Positions 1-12,372 of a DNA stretch of 64,000 nt are shown piece by piece. Under the pieces are notes generated by a model, which was not told where the DNA came from, ran no database searches, and saw only the letters and a program-made list of their open reading frames with translations. A program made the translations under genes and the position numbers. The DNA lies in contig OZ336897.1 of the NCBI GenBank assembly GCA_965287045.1, positions 11,036,001 to 11,100,000 of the forward strand, read 5' to 3'. Position 1 is the stretch's first letter. Every line of letters begins with the position of its first letter. Origin of the DNA: Carcharhinus amblyrhynchos (Eukaryota).

Positions 1-430
1 ACCCCTCTTTGAGCTCTGGTGTTGAACATATAGCATTCATAAGTAATATTAGTAGAGGATTTAAAGTGGATTTCAAGGCCTCTGAAATTTCACAAGGCTG
101 TTTTTTCTGCTTCTCAGTGATGTCTAAGGATTCAGTCCACTTGCAGCATTCTTTCCCCAGCACTGATAATAGAATTGTTATTCTTAATTGTTCAAGTTTC
201 ATGTTTAACTCTGTGACAATTTCAATAGTTCTGTCATTGAGACTTGACAAATTTTCAATTTATTCTCAAATCTCCCTTCATCTGTGTAGGAGCAGATAGT
301 GGAATTTTCAAAGCCATTCAAACTCACCCAACAGTCAATGTCCAATATAAAGTTGCAGATTAAAGCTTTAATTATTCTCTTGTATTCTTTAAAGTGGCTA
401 GCTGTCTTACAGCTATTAAAATCCACTCAA
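1..430 (-). pseudogene. Broken ORF of about 140 codons, possibly an endogenous retroviral env/fusion-protein remnant; runs off the window edge
   Basis: One frameshift near 260 joins ...FKEYKRIIKALICNFILDIDCWVSL...RFENK to IENLSSLNDRTIEIVTELNMKLEQLRITILLSVLGKECCKW... with no stop down to position 1. Confidence 0.25.
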
Positions 431-869
431 TTTCAGCTGCACACTCTGGACACCATGTTCCCAAAGGTTTATGGAACTTCTGCTCCAAATGGGGGAAGAA
501 ATGGCTTCTGTTCTCCAACCTTTATGTGCAAAAGATGATATCAGAGGTCCCACGATTATGGCAAGTCTATAGAAAACCACAATGCACAAAGGTATCCCTC
601 CAAGCAACGAGCACATGCTAAGTGATACAATGTAGGAAGATGCAGGTTTGATTTACATTCTGTTTATCTCCTGGTCTCAAGCTATGTTGAACAGGTGCTC
701 TAGCTGGGGTATGTCTTGAAGGGGATTTGGAAAAGCAAAAATTGTGGCGAGCGGGAGTTATTTGGTTAAAATTCAGAAGCAGGTCAACCACTAATTTCAC
801 AGCGATAGGGATGCAGTGCCTAAGTGGGACAGGGAGAATGCTGAAGATGCCTGCCCTTTACTTAATGTA

Positions 870-1170
870 AACAGAATGTTCTGAGTTCAAGGCCCAGTCC
901 AGAAACCCAAAATCTATGCTGACACTTTAGTGTAGCCAAAGAAATGTTGCATTATGGCGGTGTTATCTTTTGAATGAAAAATAAAGCAGGTATATTACCT
1001 GCCTCGTTAGGTGGATTGGAAAGATCATATGGCATTAATTAAAGAGCAGAGGAATGTCTCAGCCTATACCCATCCCTCAACCATCAAACAGATTCATTCA
1101 GCATTTGTTTTGTTGGATGTTGCTATGCACAAATTGGCTCTCTTATCTGCCTACATGGCAGCAAAAATGC
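870..1170 (+). mobile_element. Degraded Deu-domain SINE (SacSINE1/AmnSINE-like)
   Basis: Similar to the Deu-SINE core: aggtggattggaaagatcatatggca...ccctcaacc...ttgctatgcacaaattggct...cctaca. Confidence 0.65.
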
Positions 1171-1535
1171 TTGCCTTCTGATAAGTGGTGGTTCTCTTTG
1201 TCACAGCAGTGAAACGATCCATCCATTAGACAAATCCACAAATTCTGCCAGTGACATTCCATAGTTAGCTCTGCTTGAAGCAAGCTTCAATGAGTGCAGG
1301 ATTATACTTCTGGACAATCAAAATGCTCAGTGTCTGCTACAAGATCCTAATGGGCAATAGTGAGAGAAATAAAGACAGAAAGGAAATAAAACCAGCTACA
1401 ACCCATTGATCTAACTAGAGAAAGCAAAAAAAGGTAAACAATGCATAGGGTTCATTTCTAGAAGGATAGGATTGAAAAGCAAACCTATATAGAACATCAG
1501 TTAGGCAACACTTAATGTAACGTGAACAGTTGTGA

Positions 1536-1696
1536 ACAGAGAGAAACAGTTAACATTGAGTCCACATGAGACTTCTTCATAAACAGATTTGAAACATTAA
1601 CTGTTTCTCGCTCTACAGATGCTGCCAGACCTGAGTTTTCCCGGCATTTTCTGTTTGTATTTCAGATTTCCAGTATTCGCAGCATGCTGCTTTTAC
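1536..1696. repeat. Common shark palindromic repeat (probably derived from Penelope-like termini)
   Basis: agagagaaacagttaaca...ttaactgtttctcgctctacagatgctgccagacctg. Related copies lie at 6147, 7612, 34706 and 36440. Confidence 0.65.
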
Positions 1697-2039
1697 TTTG
1701 ACATTATAGGCACTTCATAAATGAAAGTTCAATCTTCCTTATTTAGCACAAACCATGTGTAAAGCCTAACACTGATACTATACCTAACTTTTTTGTACAA
1801 TTTATACTATTTCACTTACTGAAAATCTTTGTACACAAGGCAAAGGGACATTAAGACAAATTCCACAGAAATTAAAAATACAGCACTCTTTTGTTTTTTA
1901 ATGCTTCAAACTTCTGGCTGAACAATCACTGTTAGTTAATGTGCACGTTTTTGCTGGAACCACATATTTTACAGCTGCCTTGAGGAAGCCGTAACATAAA
2001 ACTTAATTAATATCATGAGTTTAATTTTTTGATGTGACT

Positions 2040-2875
2040 GTTGCAGTTTTTGCTAACTTTTTTTTATTTAATGCAAACTTTTGGAAAATCAACAAAAATG
2101 AACATCATTGAACAAATCAAGTAACTTATTTAAAAGGAACATTTAAATGATGCGTGGCAGCTGTGTGCTGCAGACTAAGCTGAGATCAGTGCTATGCACA
2201 GTAGAATGATGGAAATGTGCTAGTTGACTTTATCAATAATAACTCTACATAATTTTATCCTAAACCTGCAATTCAAAAACAAAACACTGTAATTGTATAT
2301 CATAGCTTTGGAATTTTGTTACAAGCCTAGCCAAATTATTTTAAATAATAGTGACAAAAGAAAACAATAAATTTAAGGCCTTATATTTGCCAGCATTCAA
2401 AATGTAATAAAGCATTTGCAGGAAAATAGGTACACATCCGAAAGACTATTGCTTTCAATCAGCGAAGAATGGCAGATCCTCGATTTGTTCTCCATATTTA
2501 CCATATCTCCAGGTCTAATGATCAGATTGCTCTCTCTAATAGCAACACTACGAGTCTTACAGAATCAGGGCAGAATATGTCAGAATTCACATGGGCGCAC
2601 ATGATCAGTGCAGCGAATTAGATGTGAAACCCCTGGACGCTGCTGTTTGTAATGTGTTGACCCCCTGCAATCTAACCCTTCTCATAGACTGTCTATAGAT
2701 CACATCATGATGGCTGTAATTGAGACCACCTGCCAAGTCAGAGGACAGTTACAGATGTCGTCCGCTCAGACGAGATAATATAAGGCATGCTGTGGTCACG
2801 GAACACTCAGCTACATTGATCTGGCAACACTGGAGGGAAAAAACAATTGCTTGCACTGCTGAGATTTTGTTGTCT
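2040..2875 (-). other. MAP2K5: MAP2K5 3' UTR (approximate), with a candidate AATAAA at 2068-2063
   Basis: Repeat-free sequence directly after the stop codon. Plus-strand tttatt at 2063-2068 is AATAAA on the minus strand. The true cleavage site cannot be fixed from DNA and may lie further down (an ATTAAA occurs near 1897). Confidence 0.55.
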
Positions 2876-3019
2876 TCATAATGTCCTTTTGTCTACAGTC
2901 ACTGGTGAGGTTGGTCGCTGGATCCCCTGTTGAGAACGCCACTCTTCAAGCATCCTGCAAACCCACATGGAAACCACCTCTGAATTCTTGTCATTGTACT
3001 GCACTATAAATGGGTGAAC
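2876..3019 (-). CDS. MAP2K5: MAP2K5 (MEK5) last coding exon: VHPFIVQYNDKNSEVVSMWVCRMLEEWRSQQGIQRPTSPVTVDKRTL*
   Basis: Minus-strand acceptor ttttactctttcttgcag| at 3020 and TGA at 2878-2876. The translation matches the MEK5 C-terminus (human GHPFIVQFNDGNAAVVSMWVCRALEERRSQQGPP). Phase 0 join with the exon at 37956. Confidence 0.96.
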   Translation of the reverse strand, partial: VHPFIVQYNDKNSEVVSMWVCRMLEEWRSQQGIQRPTSPVTVDKRTL

Positions 3020-4189
3020 CTGCAAGAAAGAGTAAAAAAAATGCTGATGTTACTTTGCAAGTAGCCCAAATAAAAAGGAAGTATTTGTGGATTAAGCTAA
3101 TAACTATTAAGGTTAGGTCAGAATATATCTTCCACTCAGGTTTTTCCATGTTAAAATTCATCATGTGTAATGACTATATAAGGAAATACATAAATATGCA
3201 TTCACTATGGTTGAATATTCTAATGCAGGATTTCTGCACTTTTAGCCTTGCTCAACAGGAATGAGGGTCCCAGAACAGTCCCATCACACTCAACAACTTT
3301 TCCACAATCTTGTTCCCATTAAGTCAGGTGCCAGAATGGGAGCACAGAATTGCTGGAATGACATTCTATGACATATCACAGAAATTTTTATTTACATTTC
3401 CCAGTGCAAAGAAATAGAGTTTTTGCATACTGTTGCGTTGAATGTCTTATAGTGAAAAGAAAACACTGATGTATGCCTCATCAGTCTCAGAACTGCAGGA
3501 GTTTCTCAGGGTAGTATCAGAACAACAACAAAAATTACAACAATCCCCTTTCTATAGGAACATAATACGTATAGGAAGGTAGACAATGAGGAACAGAAGG
3601 GTGTGGGTGTGTGCGTCTACATGTGTAAGCACCAATGATACAAGCGTAAGGAGGCTTTTTAAAGTCAGGTGATGAGTGGAGAATCGAAGAGAACCTAGGA
3701 GCAACATGCTGCAAGGTTATGTTAGAATTGCAAGGCTACAACAAGGACTTTAAAATCAATTACTTTAGGTGTGGGGAATCAGCTAACATGATGGATATGA
3801 ACCAGGGCTGCAGTGTTTTCGAAAAATTGTATTTTGGAGGTCATCAAGGGGAATCAAGCTTTGAGGAAATAAAGGTGGGCATGAGCATTCTAGTGGCAGA
3901 GGGGACAAGGTGAGGGCAGAAGAGAAGATGCTTCATGGGAAAAGAAGCAGTTTTAGGAATGATTAAGATGTAGGGGTGGGGGGAGGAAGCTGAGAGGAAC
4001 AGAGCAGCACACCTAGCTTTCTGTAACTGTGCCCTAAACCTGAGGTAGCAGCAGTTGATGCACTTGAGATCAACTGCACGTACAGCATATGTAAGAACAG
4101 AAGAGAGTGATTTTGATTTTGCTGACATTTAGCGAGGGGGTGGGCAAAGTTGAATCACTGAACATGGTAGGGAAGGTTGAGAAAGTGAT

Positions 4190-4690
4190 TAAAATATTAG
4201 AAGTATTCAAGGCTTCAAAAATACAAGCAAAGACCAGAAAAGTGAGGACGTTGTGATGAACTTTCATAAGACTCTGGTTCAGGCTCAGCTGGGGGACTGT
4301 TTCCATTTCTTTAGTGTACAGCACTTTAGGAGGGCTGTGAATGTTTTTGAGAGGGTGTGGAAAGATCTGAGAGAATCTAAGGGTGAAGGGCTTCAGTTAG
4401 TTGGATATATTGGAGAAAGTGAGATTGTTCTCCTTAGAGAAGGTTGAGAGGAGATTTGATACAAGTGTTCAAAATCACGGCACGTCTGGACAGAGTAGAT
4501 AGGCAGAAACTGTGTACATTTGTGGAAGGGTTGAGAACCAGCTACTCTTGATATAAGGTCCTTGGCAAAGGAACCAAATTAAACCGAAGCGAAGTGAGGA
4601 AATCACTTTTCACTCAGTGATAAGGATCTGACATGTACTACCTAAGAATGTGTGGAGGCAAAAAACATTGCGGCTTTGAAAAGGAATCGG
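4190..4690 (+). mobile_element. Old CR1 LINE 3' RT fragment
   Basis: Degenerate KTLVQAQL..CFHFFSVQHFRRAV..ERV (consensus [22 protein letters not shown]), followed by an LFSLE/RLRGDL-like segment. Confidence 0.75.
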
Positions 4691-4694
4691 GTAA

Positions 4695-4915
4695 GTAACA
4701 CCATCACCTGCAAATTGCCCCCCAAAGCCACACCCCATTATGCCTTTACTATCACTGGGTCAAAATCCTGGAACTTTATCCCCAACAATGTTGTGGGTGT
4801 AACTACACCACATGGACTGCTGCAGTTCAAGGTGATGAGTTCACCTCCAACACCTTATCGATGGGTAATAAAAATGCTAGCTTAGCACTTCATGTCCTGT
4901 GAAAGAATTTAAAAA
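4695..4915 (+). mobile_element. LINE 3'-end fragment (CR1/L2 group) inserted into the CR1 tail
   Basis: accatcacctgcaa...atcactgggtcaaaatcctggaact...gcagttcaag...gggtaataaa. A second copy lies at 59870-60110. Confidence 0.55.
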
Positions 4916-5339
4916 AACTGAACATTGCAAGGCTAGGGGGAAGTGGAGCTAAGTTGCTCTTGCAGAGAACTGTTACTGACACATTTAATTCCCATCTTTT
5001 AAATACCCTGGCTTTAAGAATCTTTGAACTGTACAGTAAAAGACAGCACTTTTGCAGGCTGGTTTTAACTATGGACTGAGCACTAGCAAAACAGAATTCC
5101 AGATTTGAGACTTGCTGTCTAATCTGGTTTCAAAGCTTCCATTATACCAGGCTTCCATTTCTGCACAGGAAGATGTCTGGACAAAAGCGTATAAAGTAAT
5201 GTCAAGAATGAACTGTCATTTCAGAGTTCTTATTGATTAAACCTTTGAGACCACAAGGATAACATCTGCAGAACCTTGCCTTAGGGGTGTAAATGGCCTG
5301 AAAGACCTGTGATTATATGTGGTATGCAGAAAGAATAAG

Positions 5340-5706
5340 TTTTTTAAAAATTAATTTGTGGTATATGGGTGTCGCTGGTTGGCTAGCTAGCATTTATTGC
5401 CAATCCCTTGTTGCCTGAGGACAGTTAAGAGTCAACCATATTGCTGTCGCCCTGGAGTCACATGTAGGCCAGACCAGGTAACGACGGTAGATTTCCTTTC
5501 TTAAAGGACGTTAGTGAACCGGATGGGTTTTTCAGACAAACAACAATGGTTTCATGGTCATCTGTAGATTCTTAATTCCAGATTTTTTTTTATTGAATTC
5601 AAATTCCATCATCTGCCGTGACGGAATTCAAACCCAGATCCCCAGAATATTAGCCAAGTTTCTGGAGTAATAGCTAGCATTAATACCCCTAGGCCAGCGC
5701 CTCCCC
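5340..5706 (-). mobile_element. Shark tRNA-derived SINE (family not named)
   Basis: tRNA-like head with a B-box (gggtttgaattcc on minus), body ...ggtctggcctacatgtgactccag..., and tail ggcaataaatgct...cccatat. Homologous to 11790-12372 and 38775-39140. Confidence 0.8.
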
Positions 5707-6146
5707 GTTAGATGTTAACATGTTTAAAAAAAAAACCGGCTTTGTCATTTAATTATTAGAGTTTCAATTTTATTCTCCCAAACTAGCTTTCAAAATATAG
5801 CAAATTAAAGGAAGCTCAGATTCATACTGGGATAAACTAGCAGCATCTGTAAACTTGTAACAGGATGCATTCACATATTCTTGGCAGCCAATTTAAAATG
5901 TTTCATAGTGAGTGAAGTACACCAGATCTAAGCACATGCCAGTTTAATTGAATCATTAAATTACCAGTATTTAAGATGGGACAAATACTGCAGGTTTTGG
6001 TAAAATGGTACAAAATTACACCTCACTTGGTAACCTGTCCCATGCCTGTAGATTTTTGCTGGTACCAATTCTGGAATCAGTAAGTATTCTATCATGCAAG
6101 ATTCAGTTGTTAGTTATATTGCCAGCAATATAGTTACCCACTGTAA

Positions 6147-6372
6147 TAACAGAAAATACTGGAAATACTTAGCAAGTCTGGAATCATATGTGAGGGAGAA
6201 ACAGTTACCATTTCAGATCAATGACCTTTCATCATGAGTTTAATTTAACTTATGAGGAAAGGTTAACAACTTGAAATGTTAATTCTATTCCTTTCTCCAC
6301 AGATGCTGCCAGAACTGCTGAGCATTTGCAGCATTTCTGTTCTTATTCCAGAATCTGCAGTGTTTTGCTTTT
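6147..6372. repeat. Shark palindromic repeat (Penelope-like termini)
   Basis: Inverted arms acagaaaatactggaaatacttagcaagtctgg... and ...gatgctgccagaactgctgagcatttgcagcatttctgtt. Confidence 0.65.
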
Positions 6373-7611
6373 GTGTTACCATTAGGATATCTATCAGAGA
6401 TGGTCCATTATTATTGGCAAGCACAAGGACATACTGTGAGGCAGAAACATCTTGACATTCCAGGATTTTGATGAGCAGGAAATATTCTTTAGACACCCAA
6501 GATCCAACTAATATACTGGCTGAGATTCATAATTAATCTGACATTTTTTTTCCTCTTCACTTGTGAACAAAATTTATCAGTGCAAAGTCGAATAAACAAA
6601 AGCAGAAAATAAATAGAATGTACACAAAGCAGAGATTGCTGGGGGGCTGACAGCGAACAACTCCACAGGAAATGAAACCACTCAACATTTGAGCCAGGAA
6701 ACTTCCAAGACTGCTGCGCACCGCAGGTGGTACTTAAGTCTCCTGACTTTGACACTCCTTGATTGGCATCCACGTTAGAAAAGCATTACTAGTACTCCCT
6801 GTGAAGCCATTCAGTGACAGGTTTGTTGGTTGAGTTCAACTTAGCTACTTCCTACTGAGTGTACAAACTTGAAATGGCCAGTCTCCATAGGGAGGGAAAA
6901 TTAAAACTTTAAATGTCGCCAGCTTTTTGAAGTGATTGTTTTTAATCTTACCTCAATGGGGGTAGCAGGGCATACAGTACATAATGAAAGTAATTGTCCC
7001 TTAATTTACCTTCAATTTATACGGTAATGCAGACAGCCCCAAGAAAAAAACAATTAGTACTTTCCTTGCAATTACAGTATCTGGACTGGGTAACTTGGAA
7101 ATCAAGAACAGCAGCTTTCTATGCATAATGGCCTACACGGGGAACACAGTCATTTGAGTACCTGCACGAGTAAAGAGTACTAATGTTAAAATATCTTTGT
7201 CAGCCAAGATAGCGCCCTTCACCTCTGGAAACTTAAAGCCAGTTTCAAAATAAATCAGGGTCAAGTTTGCTAATTCTGTGAGGGATTTTGACTGCCTCAA
7301 TAAAATCCTGGAATAGTTGCTCTGTAGAAACAACCTGCAGGAGGTCTCAGCTCAAGATTGGGAAAATGAGAATCAGTTGCTAAAATGAAGGTTACGAATC
7401 TTACTTTGCCACTGCAAGCAAATTTAAAATGCTTAATTCTCTCCAAAGACAGTTAAGTGTGCACTAAGTCCAAGTAAACAACAGACGCTGAGCTCCTTTA
7501 AAACCTTACTTTATCAAGCATGCTTATAAGCAAGTGGAGTTTGAAAAACCGATATTGCTCTGAACGTGAGACCATTATAAAACAGCACAGAAAGGTCATG
7601 AAATAAACAGT

Positions 7612-7785
7612 AAAAATAAAATGCTGGATACACTCAGCAGGTCTGACAGTATCTGTGGTGAGAGAAACACAGTTAATGTTTTGAGTCCATATGACCTTCC
7701 TACAAAACCTGCCAGATTTGCTGAGATTATCCACTGTTTTCTATTTTTATTTCAGATTTCCAGCATGTGCAGTATTTTGCTTTTA
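7612..7785. repeat. Shark palindromic repeat (Penelope-like termini)
   Basis: aaaatgctggatacactcagcaggtctgacag with an inverted arm ctgccagatttgctgagattatcca. Confidence 0.65.
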
Positions 7786-8659
7786 GTAAAAATGAACCGA
7801 TGTATGTGTCAAAACTTAGGGATAGTGGAAACTGAAACTAAACTTTGAATACAAATCCTAAACAAGAAGCAGAACTAGTAATGTCAACCCTCTGTGCATT
7901 CAATTTTGGTCTTTCTCACCAACCCCTTCACCGAGCTTTCTTTTTTTTTCTGTAACTCGATTTTCACATACTTGTTCTTTATTCCAAACTATTTAAATTA
8001 CCTGTGACCCTCACTACTCCACTTCCTGTTATGAACCAAGAAACAAATTACTTTATATGGGAGCAGGTTGGCAGATTAACCCAATTGTTGTTTTTCTGCT
8101 TACTTGGCACGATTGTTGTTGCATTGTTGTAATTAAACTTGCCACAAATGCTGAGAAGAACCAAAACAGCTAGCAGAATTTTATTAAGTATTACTTACAC
8201 AAGAGAAAGTTTTCAAGGTAATTGTTTCTTTAATTTGTACGTTACTCAATTCTAAATGCAATTGCAGACACAAATATAAGAACAGGAAAAGCTTAGGTGC
8301 GAGTCTCTTCAGGCTTCAGTAACAATATAAAAATTAGGTGAATTCAGCAAGAAAATGTTACAACGCTACATGGACAGTAGCTAGCTGGAATGAGAAGAGG
8401 TCAGCAGGAAGAGACCGAGTCAATGGAGTGGAAAGCAGGCCACAGAGTGAGTGCCAGTCAGACTAATTTTCTATGTCAACTTTGAAAATGAGGCAAACAG
8501 TGACAAACCAGCCTCTTAAAATCAACTTGTCACTTCTCATTTTCTTGAGAAAGGGTAATCTTCGGCTACTGGCAGCCCACAGAGTTTTCTAATAGAGGTT
8601 AAACTTCAAGGCTAACAACACCCTACACAGGCTGTACAGATATTTTTTTTAAAAATGGG

Positions 8660-9380
8660 TAAGGTCCTACTTCTAGTCCAATAAACATACAAAGGATCTT
8701 CAAAAAATATTGCAGAAGAATCTATGACTGTGTTGCAGCAATTTTAATTACATTTTCCTGTTCCAACAAATTGTGAAATTAAAATATTTATTTGCAATCT
8801 GCAGGTTTGCCCCTAAAACCGAGTGTGTCACATTTCAAGACCTCCTCACTTCTGGTCTCTCAATCTTTCTGCATACACTCTCACTCCTGAAAGCATACAA
8901 ACAATATGACGTACACTGAAATATCTGGGTCAGAACAAGGTTACACTCCACAAATAAGACGAAAAGGCAAGCATCGATTGCCATTATGTCCTGTGGACTG
9001 AGTGATCCTTTGCTCCTCATAAATTTGATGGTGACCTCCAGTTTTCTTTGCCTCTATAAATCCCTCAAATTCTTTTGCTTCAAAGTAACAAATATTTTCA
9101 TGTGTGACTTTTATACTCCTTTCTGAGGGCATATTGGGTAAATCCAACTGACCATTTTCCAAGTATGAGTTTAGTCTTGTATTTACAGGATATTCAACCA
9201 CTGGAGCTTCACAAGTGACTTCAATTATTTTTTCAACTGAGTCCATGTGCTTTGTAGAAGAGATTTACTTTATAGAGAGGAGCATTTCTGTACGATTTAT
9301 TTAACTCCTTTAACTGAGGTACTGTGGATAATTGCAGTGCAGTGCACAGAATGGGAGTCGAGCCTGGGATGGCCGCATGA
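8660..9380 (-). pseudogene. Fossil hAT-superfamily transposase fragment
   Basis: With frameshifts: (VH)ALQL at ~9340 (cf. CxxH.LQL), then SVEKIIEVT...YPVNTRLNSYLE at 9180-9163 (cf. P..TRWNS.Y), then FEDPLY near 8690 (cf. the region before LDPRFK). Order and spacing fit hAT. Confidence 0.5.
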
Positions 9381-11789
9381 CTCAATGCAATACCTGCATC
9401 TGACAAAGCCACTGGTGGGGAGCTGTAATGAAACTAATCAACCACTCCCAAGTTTAATTTTACCAAGTGAAATTACCAAATATATCACTTCAGCACTTTG
9501 ACATGTTTAAGTTATGCTCACACTCTACACACCAATGGCAAAGGGGCAGATGAATAGGATACCTTTCCAAACAAAATAATTGTTACTAGTTAAATTTTTA
9601 AAAAAGAATCAGCATGTTTCTAGTTTCTTTTAAATACAGCATTCAGAATACTGATCAACAGAGTGTGGTATGAAGAGAGTAGTACATGACATAATACACT
9701 AGGACCTTGAGTACACTTTCGAAAGCCCTCAAACACACAAGTGCAATGAACCCATGGTCCAAAAATATTGCATTGTACATTAGCCCATCATTAATGGCAC
9801 ATTAGAACTGGGAGCATAGCAGGCTTCCTGGTCAGGGTTTCATCAGGACAACACAAAATCTCAGAAGCTCCTAAAGGAACTTTAAAGTGAATAGCATTTG
9901 TATGTTTCCATTTTGAAAGGATCTAATTAAAAGGTCACACAGCATTATGTATGAAATTGGAATCAAATCTAACTATGCACTATTGTATGGCAATTTAAAT
10001 CCGTATGATCTAGGTAATATTATAAAGGGCTCTGCAGCAAAAGAGTATTTTTTTAAATTACAGAATTCAGAACGTTATTTTCAATTATCAAGTTCCCTGC
10101 TCATTCTTCCTCCAAACTGACTGCATTTGTGAAGAGTCGCAAGGTGTGAAACTACGAATGTAATGGTTAATAGAAAGAACTAGACTACATTGCAGAAAAA
10201 AAATTTCAATGCTCATTTGCATGTCAGAATGGATTCAGACATTTTGGGTTCAGACCACCTCTATCCTACAACAATTTTAACAGAAACAGGTTCCCAAAAA
10301 CAGCCCACAGATTTTATAGTTATCCCAAACAAAACCAATTCAAAAAAATTGCAGTTGTTGAACATTGTCAGTATAAAGACCTGCCTCCCAATTCCCAATG
10401 AGTTCCTAACCTCAGCCCCGTCATCAGTAAAGAGTAAAGTCACCCAACCAGTTGCTGTTCTATCTTACCATCTGGTGGCCTGTTACTTATGCTTGAAATT
10501 CTCTTAGAATGTGTATGTTTAACATAATTGCAGGAAATAAACAGATTAATACAGGGACAAAGGAATTTCATATCACACTGTTTTGTGCTTGTTTTCATTT
10601 GTACAACACAATTTCAGAGCCTTTGGGAAAGTGATAGGTGTTCGGGAGCAGGCCATCTGATTGCATAGGAGATGATGGGGGCAACTTTTCATTAGCACTA
10701 CTGTTGGAAGTCTCTCCAGCAGGAGCAGATATCAGAAATTCAAGCATGTGTTGCAGAAGTTTTTCAACCAAGTGGTGCATCATAACCAATCTTGTCCTTG
10801 CTCAATGAATACATAGTGGCCACAGCATCCCTGGGCTAGAGAGGGTGACGAGAGAGAAAAGCAAAACTCAGGTGCCAGCTGGAAAATATCCTGGTGGAGG
10901 TTACAGTTGAACAGCATTAAGGATAAGGTTTGGGCTCAGTGAGTGTTTTATGCCCTCCTTCAAATTGAGCAGTTTGATTATACTTGCTGTCTATGGTTGC
11001 ATTGGAAAACTGGGTACTTGAGTACCTGTAAAACTGCATCCTAGCAAAAATCAACAGCTTGAGGGGACCCCCAGGAGAGAAATACCATACAGGATATGTA
11101 ATTTCATCTGTGATTTTTAAAAAGTTACTATAAATTTCCATAATGAATTAAAATTGACAATAAAAAACAGGAAAAGTAAATTGCACTGTTCTGAAAGATT
11201 GGAATGGTTTCTGATCAGATATTTTGTTGGAAATGGAAGTCCAAAATAGTCGTATCATTCCTTCCTATCTGTGTACGATGTCCATGGACAATGCCTGTTG
11301 TGGTGGCAGGCATCCAGATCAAACAATTGTGTGGGGTGAAGGGAGGAAAGATAATATTAATAGTATTTGACCACAACACTAAGTATCAATTGGAATCTCT
11401 AAAACTTGTTAATTTATCAACAACAACAAATTTCACATCCTTACAAAATACATTGATATGAGAAATGACAGTCTAGTCCACTCCCACAATGAATTCAGAA
11501 AGGGGATGGCTTTTGATAAATTTTGGCATATCCAGAAATCACCCAAACTTCATGTTGATTGCTGAAACAATAACTGTGTTGTGATTGGCTAAGATTATAA
11601 CGTTAACCTCATCAACTTTTGTTACCAGGGATTCAGAAAAGTTCAAAAGCTGGCATGTGAAATTGTTTCCCTGAACTTTAGAAATACCTAGCAATGCAAT
11701 TATAGATGTTATCTTTCCAAACTTGAGTTATGTCAGAAGAAATCATTTTAAGTACTTTAAGTCCAAAGTGCAGTATTGAAAACAATAAC

Positions 11790-12372
11790 GGGGTGATGTG
11801 ACACAGTGCTAATGTCTTGGACTAGTAATCCAGAGGCCTAAGCTAAATGTTCCGGTGATAACCAAAATTAATCCTGAAAATGAATTGGTTGCAACTGCAT
11901 CCTGAGTGAATCCACTGAGAGAGAGGCTGAAATTAATTTTTAGAAAATATACCTAGCTGTGTGGTCACTAGGCTTGTATAGCCTATTACAAGATGTCCCA
12001 TGGTATTTTTCCTGGGTAGTCTGGAGTACATTTGAAATATTTATCTGCCAAGATGGAACTATGTTTAACCAGAATTGAAACTGAAATTCAAGTAAGAAAT
12101 CTGGAACATAAAGCTAGTCTCAGCAATAGTGACCATGAAATTATCATCAATTGTCATTAAAAAGATCTGATTTACTAACATTCTTTAGGGAAAGAAATCT
12201 GCGATCCTTACCTGCTCTGGCCTACGTGTGACTCCAGACATACAGCAATGTGGTTGACTCTTAACTGCCCTCTGAAATGACTGCGCAAGCCACTCAGATC
12301 AAGAGCAAGCAGAGATGGGCAACAAATGTTAGCCCTGCCAGTGACGCACACATCTCATGAAAGAAAAAATTA
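11790..12372 (+). mobile_element. Shark tRNA-derived SINE interrupted by a 208-bp insertion
   Basis: Head gtgctaatgtcttggactagtaatccagagg, then the foreign block 11865-12072, then body and tail ...gatgggcaacaaatgttagccctgccagtgacgcacacatctcatg. Confidence 0.8.

Noticed and set aside
1-2000. SKOR1 coding sequence expected downstream of MAP2K5
   Set aside because: There is no SKI/DACH-domain or GC-rich coding sequence here. Synteny is assumed from other vertebrates, not seen.
2879-2890. C-terminal KRTL as a PDZ-binding motif
   Set aside because: The residue at position -2 is Arg, not Ser/Thr or hydrophobic, so it does not fit class I or class II consensus.
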